Shown here: positions 1 to 8,208 of the stretch, one piece after another
Layout of the letters: the number at the start of each line of letters is the position of its first letter
How positions within the stretch are numbered: the first letter of the stretch is position 1
Assembly (NCBI GenBank): GCA_965215015.1
Contig: OZ244042.1
Span: 3,264,001-3,328,000 of the forward strand
Direction of reading: 5' to 3'
DNA length: 64,000 nucleotides
Origin: Candidatus Poribacteria bacterium
GTDB taxonomy: Bacteria > Poribacteria > WGA-4E > PCPOR2b
Translations under genes and position numbers: made by a program
Notes under the pieces: generated by a model
Seen by the model: only the letters and a program-made list of their open reading frames with translations
What the model was told of the DNA's origin: nothing
Database searches by the model: none

Positions 1-405
1 AATTCACCTGTGTCTAAAAGATTATGTTTCTGTTTTGAATATTAATTTCGCATTTCAGTTTGTAGTAGGGTAATTCATTGCGCGTTCGGACGGGCGATGA
101 ATCGCCCTACTACAAACCTAAGAGCTTGCTGCGGTTGCCCGATTCATTGGGCGTTGGCAATGGTGTCCTGTGGCGATGAATCGCCAAACGACAAAACTTT
201 GAACGTTCAACTGCGTAAGTCCTACTCGTTTTCTTTTTTATATTATTATACCCTATCCTCCTAAAAGTATTGCAACATTCTGTCTAAATCTGTATTTTAA
301 GATTAACAGGGTTGATTCTATTCGCTACTATTTATTATCCTGAAAATCCTTCCATCCTGAGCATCCTGATTCTGACAATTTATACCACCCTCCCTAATAC
401 CATCA
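1..405. repeat. Direct repeat copy 1 of the region upstream of the TPR gene (partner 1295-1584)
   Basis: 1-210 aligns almost base for base to 1295-1505, and about 326-405 aligns to 1506-1584. Copy 1 has about 115 extra bp (211-325). Confidence 0.9.
43..224. mobile_element. MITE-like element, family 1 (TAGGACTTACGCA-type ends), containing a GTAG REP-like palindrome
   Basis: Right end TTCAACTGCGTAAGTCCTA; degenerate left end; internal inverted repeat GTTTGTAGTAGGG...CCCTACTACAAAC. Confidence 0.6.
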
Positions 406-419
406 CAGGTTTAGTCTCA

Positions 420-1301
420 CTAGTCCACTAATTGAAGCAACTCCTCAATTGTGGCTTTGAGATTTTCATCCCCGTTCCGTTTCGCAAGTTTTAAGGCAGC
501 TCTGAGGTCATGCTTCCCCTCCCAAAGACGTTTCAGCCTTACCTTTGCAAAACCCCGGTTGAAGTAAGCCTCGGCATCATCGGGTTCGAGACGGATAGCC
601 GTGTCATAATCGGTAATAGCGGCGGAATATTGTCCTAATTCTGCTTTTGCAGCTCCCCGACTGCAGTAAGCCTCGGCATAATCGGGCTTGAGGCGGATAG
701 CCGTGTCATAATCGGTAATAGCGGCGGCATGTTGCCCTGATTCTGCTTTTGCATATCCCCGAAAGCAGTAGGCCTCGGTATAATCGGGTTTGAGGCGGAT
801 AGCCGTGTCATAATCGGTAATAGCGGCGGCATGTTGCCCTAAGCTCTCCTTCGCATATCCCCGAAGGCAGTAGGCATCGGCGTAATCGGGTTTGAGACGG
901 ATAGCTGTGTCATAATCGGCGATGGCGGCGGCATGTTGCCCTAAGAGCAACTTCGCATTTCCCCGAAAGTAGTAAGCCTCGGCATAATCGGGTTTGAGAT
1001 GGATTACGATGTTCATAATCAGTATTGCGATTTTCATAATCGGTGATAGGGGCGGCATGTTGCCCTAATTCCTCCTTCGCATATTCCCCCGACTAACGTA
1101 AGCATCGGCATAATCGGGTTCGAGACGGATAGCCGTGTCATAATCGGCGATGGCGGCGGCATATTGCCCTAATCCCTCCTTTGCGTTTCCCCGAAGGCAG
1201 TAGGCATTGGCATAATCAGGTTTGAAACGGATAACCTGCGTGTAGTCCGCAATCGCCCCCTGATAGTCCCCCAACCTTGCATCTCCCCTTCGTAAATTCA
1301 C
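420..1301 (-). pseudogene. TPR-repeat protein, frameshifted (ORFs 1065-1301 and 420-1058)
   Basis: 34-aa/102-bp repeats AYxxRGxAKxxLGQHAAAIxDYDTAIRLKPDYA. A 2-bp AT insertion near 1081-1084 and a garbled short duplication at about 1005-1045 break the frame. The gene starts mid-repeat. Confidence 0.85.
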
Positions 1302-1584
1302 CTGTGTCTAAAAGATTATGTTTCTGTTTTGAATATTAATTTCGCAGCTCAGTTTGTAATGGCGTAATTCATTGAGCGTTTGGACGGGCGATAAATCGCC
1401 CTACTACAAACCTAAGAGCTTGCTGCGGTTGCCGAATTCATCGGGCGTTGGAAATGGTGTCCTGTGGCGATGAATCGCCGAACTACAAAGCTTTGAACGT
1501 TCAACACTATTTATTATCTTGAAAATCCTTCCATCCTGAGCATCCTGATTCTGACAATTCATACCACCCTCCCTGACACCATCA
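1295..1584. repeat. Direct repeat copy 2 (partner 1-405)
   Basis: Near-identical to 1-405 but lacks the MITE right end and the adjacent ~100 bp. Confidence 0.9.
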
Positions 1585-2604
1585 TTCATCCCGTTCGACA
1601 GCGACTTCCCGTTTCTCCTCCCAAGATTGCACAATCGCTTCCACAACGCGCAAGGCCTGAAGCCCATCCTTGCCCGTCGGCACCGGCGGACGATTGTTGA
1701 GAAGGTCATCGACAAACGCCTTGACGCGCCACGCAAAGGTGCCGTCAAAGGCGAGCTCCTCCATCCGAAAAATGGAGGGACGGTATTCCTCAACAACCGA
1801 ATCCTCTCGTCGCATCAGGGTGGCAGAACTGAGGACATTATCAACGACAATTTCCGCCTCCGATCCACAGATTTCGAGGCGTTCAATCGGGTGCGTGAAA
1901 TCACTGTCCCAGCTGGCAAGCAGCGAAGCGACGGCGTCGGTTTCATATCGCATGGAGAGTGCCATACTCGTCCAGCATGGGTGCTCATCGGGGTTCGCAT
2001 CTTTGATGCGTGGGTGTGCCATTTGCGAGCAGACCGCAACAATCTCACCGCCGAACCAGTGCAATAGATCGATGGCGTGGGTCTGCAGTTCGTACAGCAG
2101 ATAGTAGGGCCCCTTCCACGTTGAAACTGGTCCCCCCTGCGACAACTTCATGTCGATGTACGCAATCTGTCCACACGCGCCGCTATCAAACCATTCCCGC
2201 GCCTTCGCATATCCCGGCGCAAACCGGCGGTTGTAGTCAATAGCAAGGTGAACGCCTTTCTCCTTCGCTTTTACGACCATCTGCGCTGCTTCATTAATGT
2301 CAAGCGATAACGGCTTCTCGCACATAACATGCTTCCCCGCTTCCAGGCATTCGATGACTGGCTCAAAGTGCATATGGTCAGCCGTGACAACATCAATAGC
2401 GTCACACGCTTCGTTCGCCACCATTTCCTGAATTGACGGATACCAATTGGGAATGCCGAGTTCCTGTGCGCGGTTTTTCGCCTTTTCTTGATCAATATCA
2501 CAAACAGCAACGAGTTCTGCTTGGGGGTGTTCGAGGTATCCCAGTTGATGCCGCATTCCAATTCCGCCACACCCCACGGCTGCCACTTTCAATTTTTTTG
2601 ACAT
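1582..2604 (-). CDS. Gfo/Idh/MocA family oxidoreductase
   Basis: VGCGGIG Rossmann motif, CEKP motif, YNRRF. Start at MSKKLKV after an AAAGGA SD. Confidence 0.92.
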   Translation of the reverse strand: MSKKLKVAAVGCGGIGMRHQLGYLEHPQAELVAVCDIDQEKAKNRAQELGIPNWYPSIQEMVANEACDAIDVVTADHMHFEPVIECLEAGKHVMCEKPLSLDINEAAQMVVKAKEKGVHLAIDYNRRFAPGYAKAREWFDSGACGQIAYIDMKLSQGGPVSTWKGPYYLLYELQTHAIDLLHWFGGEIVAVCSQMAHPRIKDANPDEHPCWTSMALSMRYETDAVASLLASWDSDFTHPIERLEICGSEAEIVVDNVLSSATLMRREDSVVEEYRPSIFRMEELAFDGTFAWRVKAFVDDLLNNRPPVPTGKDGLQALRVVEAIVQSWEEKREVAVERDE

Positions 2605-2706
2605 TTTGCGTCCTTTCGATTGATCCATCCACAAAGAAACTTTCGTTTGAAATGTAAGGGTATAATAACATATCGCAAGTTTATATGATACAGGTTTCTG
2701 AGTCTC

Positions 2707-2735
2707 TTGATCTGCCCCAAGAATTATGCTATAAT
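2707..2735 (+). promoter_or_regulatory. Putative sigma70 promoter for the addB-like gene
   Basis: TTGATC-17 bp-TATAAT with an extended -10 TG. Confidence 0.55.
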
Positions 2736-2847
2736 ATTGACCAAGTTGGATTGCAAATATGCCGATTTTCCAATATGCCATACACAAATCCAATTCACAA
2801 AACTCGAAAAACTGTGTTCTACACTTCATCACAACCCCATTGAAATC

Positions 2848-5800
2848 ATGATAGCTACCCTGACCAAAGGACAAGTTCTCCTACCGATTGATCGTGAGGT
2901 CCGTACCCGCCTTGAGGCCGGTCGTGCGGATACCTTTCTGCATATCGTCCCGACTGACCATGCCCGTCTCAAGTGGCACCGCGAATATCTAAGGCAGGCC
3001 CCAAACCGAGCTATTGCGGACTTGCACATCTACACCCTCGACAACCTTGTCCGACGGTTTTTCTATAGTCGTCTGAATAGTAGGGGGCGTAGACACACCG
3101 GTGTGGGGATCCAAACAGTGTGGACACACAAAATCACGGAGCAGGAGCAGCTCCCATTTTTGAAACCGCAGCCTGAAACTCGCGTCCCCCACGGAACCAT
3201 AAGGCAGTTGAGAGAAACAGTAAACCAACTCAAGGCAAGTGGGGTAGATTGGCAGCAACTACAAGAAGATTCGATTCCAAACGATGTGGATGCCCCCAGT
3301 AAACTGACAGACCTAATCACCTTTTACAAAGCGTACGAGACACGCCTTGGCTCGCGATGGGTTGATCGCGCGGACATCCATCGCACCGTTTCCGAATACC
3401 TTACCCAGAGCCCAGAGCGCGCAGAAACGTTGATGAAGCAGGTTTTTCCAAACGTTGATTTGGTGGTTGTCAACGGTTTCGATGGATTATTCCCTTACGA
3501 TTTTGCAATTCTGACCGGCATCGCCAACTTGCCATCTATAGGCATGGGTATTGTCTTTGACTTCGATGAACAGAACGAATCCCTCTTTGGGCATGTCAAA
3601 GCGAACTATGATCGATTCCTGAGTTGTGGCTTTGAGGGACATAGGGAGGGGAGAGAAACCCCTGCCTCCGCCCTCAATCGGCACCTCGCCCAAAATCTGT
3701 TCCGCACAGATCGGGGAAGGGGTTCTTCCATTGACAAACTAGCACTTACGGACCAGATCTCCCTGTTGTATCCCCTAAGCCGTGTCCAAGAGGTAGAGGA
3801 AATTGCTACGTTGATTAAACGACTTGTATTGAGCCAGCCCTCACTATCACTGGATCAGATATGCGTCACGTTTTACAAGCTTGACGCTTATGCACCGCTC
3901 ATCCGTGAGATCTTTCCGCTCTACGGCATTCCCTACACCCTGGAATGGAATGAAAGGCTTGAAAATTCTATGGTCGTTGTGTCGATTTTTTCCTTATTAG
4001 AGCGAATTCAAGGGAATGCATCCCCCCGAACTCGAAAGAAGGTTTCACAGAGCTCCTACTTTCAGAGCGATGATTTGGACTCGGTGATTGACGGTTGCGG
4101 CTTAAACGCAGAACTGTCGCCGGACGCTTTTCGAGAAACCTTTGATCGGTTGATGGAAAGCCTAAAAGTCCGTCAGCAGATTCTGAAGGGTAGTTGGGAA
4201 TTCAAAACGCGGTTCGCCTCGCCCCAGATGAACGCCTATCGTCAGTTCCTCAGACTCATTGACGAGTTGGTTGAGTTCCTGATAATGGAGTCTGGAGCTG
4301 AGTCATGTCATTCGCTTGGCAGCTATATCAGTTGGCTCAGATTGATGACTTCAGAATCCACTTATCAGTGGGGAAATTCAAACGATAATGGGGTTCGTAT
4401 CCTGCCGCTCAGCCAAACGAACGATTTATCCTTTGATACTGTCATCTTGGGTGGTTTGGTTGATGGCGAATTTCCCTCAATTTTTCGCTCTGATACTTTT
4501 CTGCCTTCCAAGCGAAGAGGTACGGAATCAGATCGGCTGCGCGAGGACCGTTTTCTTTTTTATCAAGCCCTCACGCTCTATCGAAAGCGGCTGTATCTGC
4601 TGAGTCCACAGCATGATGGTGAAATTGAGTTGGTGCCCTCTTCATTTATTGACGAACTGCAGCGCGCCGCTGAGATTAATACCTCCACGAAGGAAGACAA
4701 TACCCTTTTTAGTACGGAGAATTTCCTCAAAGATTATGGGGCATTTGTTTGGGAACATTCGGAATCGGAGCAAGTCGAGACACCCACTGTCCCTTCGACA
4801 ATGTTACCGACAGTTCGTTTGGTTGCACACAACGTCCGTGTGGAAAAGAGCCGTACTATCTCGCATGAACTTCCGCAGTATGAAGGACAGCTCCTTCCAA
4901 ATTTACTGTCTCCGGTAAGCCTTGACGCGCTCGAACGGCGGCGTGAAAAGATCTATTCGGTGAGCCAATTAGAGGCCTATGGCACGTGTCCATTCCAATA
5001 TTTCTCCAGGCGGGTATTGAGGCTCAAACCAACCGAAAAGGAGGAAACGGGCTTAACAAGCATGAAGAAAGGGAGCTTGGCGCACGAAATCTTGTTTGAG
5101 TTTTACAATCACCGTCGGGATGTCCCTCCAATTTCTGAATGTACGGATGAGGAGTTTGAGGAAGCGCGCAAAGAGCTACAGCAAATCGCACGACGCTATT
5201 TGGATGCGGAGGCGGCTCACCAGTCCAACAGGGCGGAAAAACTGTTTTGGGATATTGAGGTGGAAAGATTCATTGGTGGTCATGGTAGGACCGGTGTCTT
5301 GCCCGCATTCCTTGAGGCAGAGAGGGAACGAAATTTTGAGGTTCAACCCCATCATTTTGAAGTTGGGTTTGGGCCCAGTGATGGATTGGGCCCCACCGAT
5401 CCGTTCCTCGGCAGCGTGGAGGCGATAGCGGTTGGGGAGGTCCTCTTATCAGGAAAAATAGACAGAGTTGAGTTGGGAAATGGGATGTTCGTTATCGGCG
5501 ACTACAAAACAGGCAGCAACACCCCCAAGTTGAACGATATCCTTGAGGGACGTAGCCTCCAATTGCCGCTCTATATCGCTGTCGTAGAACAGCTATTGAA
5601 GGGTCAATCAGCCGCGATTCAAGGTTTTGAGGAAGATCCTGAATCGGTTCAGGGGGTGGGAGGCGTTTACTATGTGCTGCAGGAGGAGAGCGGAACGGAA
5701 CTCGGTATTGGGGACAGAGATTACAACCAAAAAGCGTTTCAGGCTTCATCTCGGAGCGGTCAGCTATTACCCAATTCAAGGTATCAAATCGGGGATACAC

Positions 5801-5991
5801 AGGTTGATTCGGATCCCGATGCGATTGGGTCCATTGTCGGAGTAGCAGTCAGATATGCGAACCAGTACGTCCATTCAATTGCGGATGGGAATTTTCAACT
5901 GACTCCCCACGACAAGACAAAGGTCTGTCGGTACTGCTCGTTCAAACGAATCTGCCGTGTGGGGGTTATTGCAGAAGAGACGCGCCCTTGA
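2848..5991 (+). CDS. addB: AddB/RexB-like helicase-nuclease subunit (degenerate helicase fold plus PD-(D/E)xK nuclease with Fe-S cysteines)
   Basis: SVSQLEAYGTCPFQYF, GKIDRVE..IGDYKTG, LQLPLY, and C-terminal CRYCSFKRIC. Start is uncertain. Confidence 0.8.
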   Translation: MIATLTKGQVLLPIDREVRTRLEAGRADTFLHIVPTDHARLKWHREYLRQAPNRAIADLHIYTLDNLVRRFFYSRLNSRGRRHTGVGIQTVWTHKITEQEQLPFLKPQPETRVPHGTIRQLRETVNQLKASGVDWQQLQEDSIPNDVDAPSKLTDLITFYKAYETRLGSRWVDRADIHRTVSEYLTQSPERAETLMKQVFPNVDLVVVNGFDGLFPYDFAILTGIANLPSIGMGIVFDFDEQNESLFGHVKANYDRFLSCGFEGHREGRETPASALNRHLAQNLFRTDRGRGSSIDKLALTDQISLLYPLSRVQEVEEIATLIKRLVLSQPSLSLDQICVTFYKLDAYAPLIREIFPLYGIPYTLEWNERLENSMVVVSIFSLLERIQGNASPRTRKKVSQSSYFQSDDLDSVIDGCGLNAELSPDAFRETFDRLMESLKVRQQILKGSWEFKTRFASPQMNAYRQFLRLIDELVEFLIMESGAESCHSLGSYISWLRLMTSESTYQWGNSNDNGVRILPLSQTNDLSFDTVILGGLVDGEFPSIFRSDTFLPSKRRGTESDRLREDRFLFYQALTLYRKRLYLLSPQHDGEIELVPSSFIDELQRAAEINTSTKEDNTLFSTENFLKDYGAFVWEHSESEQVETPTVPSTMLPTVRLVAHNVRVEKSRTISHELPQYEGQLLPNLLSPVSLDALERRREKIYSVSQLEAYGTCPFQYFSRRVLRLKPTEKEETGLTSMKKGSLAHEILFEFYNHRRDVPPISECTDEEFEEARKELQQIARRYLDAEAAHQSNRAEKLFWDIEVERFIGGHGRTGVLPAFLEAERERNFEVQPHHFEVGFGPSDGLGPTDPFLGSVEAIAVGEVLLSGKIDRVELGNGMFVIGDYKTGSNTPKLNDILEGRSLQLPLYIAVVEQLLKGQSAAIQGFEEDPESVQGVGGVYYVLQEESGTELGIGDRDYNQKAFQASSRSGQLLPNSRYQIGDTQVDSDPDAIGSIVGVAVRYANQYVHSIADGNFQLTPHDKTKVCRYCSFKRICRVGVIAEETRP

Positions 5992-6407
5992 TATATGTGT
6001 CACTTGATTAGGGCAATTGCATGTAAATTATTATGTAGACCTTTATGGTATACGACAATCGAAATCGAATCGTAGCCACAGCGCATACTCTCAATCTTAT
6101 CGGGGCTTTCTAACCAGTGATCGTGCCGTAACCAATGCACCAACGCACGGATGAATACATTAGGAGGCGGCATATAGTAGTAGCATACTCCGTATGCCGT
6201 AACCCCTCTGTGCCACGACGGGGGTTATCCCCAATTTCTGATGGGTCACTGGCCTAACTTTTATAAGGGGGGCAATGCGTCTAGTCTCTTGATCGCTATA
6301 GGTAGATAGAACAGCGACCGATATGCTATAATTATACTAGACATGATGCGTGAAACGTGAAATGTAATTGGATTGTTGCTAGTAGTAAGCCGATTGAGAG
6401 TTGTATG

Positions 6408-6431
6408 AACCTTTGGTGCGAGTTGGTGAGG
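6408..6431. repeat. 24-bp sequence present as an exact reverse complement at 36129-36152
   Basis: AACCTTTGGTGCGAGTTGGTGAGG versus CCTCACCAACTCGCACCAAAGGTT. Confidence 0.8.
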
Positions 6432-6563
6432 AGGTCATTTCCGCATCGTTCAAGTGTTCATTCTGTCAATCTGCGCGAATTTTTTTATTCGTAGAGATTC
6501 GTGAAGTGAACCGACTTACGTTTCATGTTGCACTAGTTATCAGATAAGGAGCAAAATCATCTT

Positions 6564-7721
6564 ATGTATGTTGAAGGACTTTTATCTTCGTTGACCCGTG
6601 TGCAACAAGCGCGCTCTCTACGTGCCTCTTCGTGGGACACAACTGGAAGAAATAACGATGCTTGGAATATTGAACCTAACGAGACGCGCGTCCTCGCTGA
6701 TATAAAGGGACCCGGTTGCATCAACCACATCTGGATGACACAACGCGACGGCTATCGGAATGTTCTCCTACAAGTTTTTTGGGACGATGAAGAACACCCC
6801 AGCGTCCTCTGCCCTCTTGGAGACTTCTTTGGATTGGGCAACGAAATTGTCAATTCCTACGACTCACTGTTGTTCTCCGCATCAACCGCCGGAAACAATC
6901 AGTTCAACACGGGTTGTGCGCTGAATTGTTATATACAAATGCCATTTAACAGGGCCGCACGGATCGAGCTTGTCAACGAAGGCAATGAAATCCACCGTCA
7001 ATACTTCTACATCGACTATGAACTCTATGAGCACCCTCTTGACGATGATGTAGCTTACTTCCACGCCCAGTTTCGTCGGGAAAATCCGTGCGATGGCTGG
7101 GGACACGAGATTCGGGTCAATACGCCGGAAGCGAACATTATCAACGCAGAAAGGCTGGCTTGGGACAATAACTACCTCATCCTCGAAGCAGAAGGACGCG
7201 GCCATTACATCGGTTGTAATCTTTCCATCACCAATTTCCAAGGCACATGGTGGGGCGAAGGGGATGATATGATTTGGGTTGACGGTTATAAATGGCCCCC
7301 CGATCTCCACGGCACGGGTTCGGAGGATTATCTCAACCAGGCGTGGGGTATGCAGCCCAACGCATTTCGGCACAACGGCTCATCAATTTATGAGCGAGAC
7401 ACCGAAGGTTATCAAACCTCGTATGTATTTCATCTCGAAAATCCGGTTCGGTTTGAGAAGGAAATCCGCGCCACCATTGAGCATGGACATGGAAATCATC
7501 TCCGCAATGAAACCTCCTCAGTTGCCTACTGGTATCAACTTGAGCCGCATAAACCGTTCAGTATCCTACCGGTTCAGCAACGTAAGCCGGTGCTCAAAGC
7601 GGAAGATGGAGAGTGGCTCATCGATGAAGCGGCACAAATGCCGCAGTCGGCACCGGTGTTGAACGATGAAATGAAGGCCCTGAGGGCACAATGGGCGGAG
7701 AAACAGAAAACTGAAATGTAA
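6564..7721 (+). CDS. DUF2961 / GH172-family glycoside hydrolase
   Basis: GPGCINHIWMT, PLGDFFG, WWGEGDD, GTGSEDY and SVAYWYQ motifs; AAGGAG SD. Confidence 0.88.
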   Translation: MYVEGLLSSLTRVQQARSLRASSWDTTGRNNDAWNIEPNETRVLADIKGPGCINHIWMTQRDGYRNVLLQVFWDDEEHPSVLCPLGDFFGLGNEIVNSYDSLLFSASTAGNNQFNTGCALNCYIQMPFNRAARIELVNEGNEIHRQYFYIDYELYEHPLDDDVAYFHAQFRRENPCDGWGHEIRVNTPEANIINAERLAWDNNYLILEAEGRGHYIGCNLSITNFQGTWWGEGDDMIWVDGYKWPPDLHGTGSEDYLNQAWGMQPNAFRHNGSSIYERDTEGYQTSYVFHLENPVRFEKEIRATIEHGHGNHLRNETSSVAYWYQLEPHKPFSILPVQQRKPVLKAEDGEWLIDEAAQMPQSAPVLNDEMKALRAQWAEKQKTEM

Positions 7722-7746
7722 CGTGATGTATGATTTTTAACTAATG

Positions 7747-8115
7747 TAGGGGTTACGCACTTGAGTTTGTACTAACGGGTTTATTGCGCGTCTTTGAGGG
7801 AGGCGGCACGCTCCGCGCGGCCCCTATCCCCCCGCAAGCGTGGGGATGGGGGGGTACGGCATACGGTGTATGCCGATTACTGTCGGATGAACTGTCGCCG
7901 CCCGATTCATCGGGTGTTGAGAGGCATCTTCGGCGGCGATGAATCGCCCAGGATACCATGACTCTAGCGCACTAGAATACCAGATACTATGGGGCGATAA
8001 TCCTGGCTCAATCGGCCCGGGACATTACGCTATAGTCCGGGTGTTTTCAACCAACGATGCACATTGCGCGCCCTTTTCTGGTGTTGGCGTTGAGGGCTCA
8101 ACTGCGTAAGTCCTA
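7747..8115. mobile_element. MITE-like element, family 1
   Basis: Inverted ends TAGGGGTTACGCACTTGAG ... CTCAACTGCGTAAGTCCTA. Non-coding interior of hairpins shared with 57117-57426. Confidence 0.75.
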
Positions 8116-8208
8116 TAATGAATAACCATTATTCGTGAGAGCTTACGGATTCAACGTCAACTGGGCTCATGTACTCATTCTATTCGCTACAATTTTGGGA
8201 GGAGTTGA

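Noticed and set aside
540-1260. Regular 102-bp repeats as a CRISPR array
   Set aside because: They are in-frame TPR coding repeats with no unique spacers and no cas genes.
1404-1796. 130-aa minus-strand ORF and other short overlapping ORFs in the track
   Set aside because: They are shadow frames of well-supported genes or run through repeat elements, with no recognisable motifs.
2605-2874. Overlapping N-terminal extensions of the divergent gfo and addB ORFs
   Set aside because: The region is an AT-rich promoter interval. Downstream starts fit better with the SD and domain boundaries.
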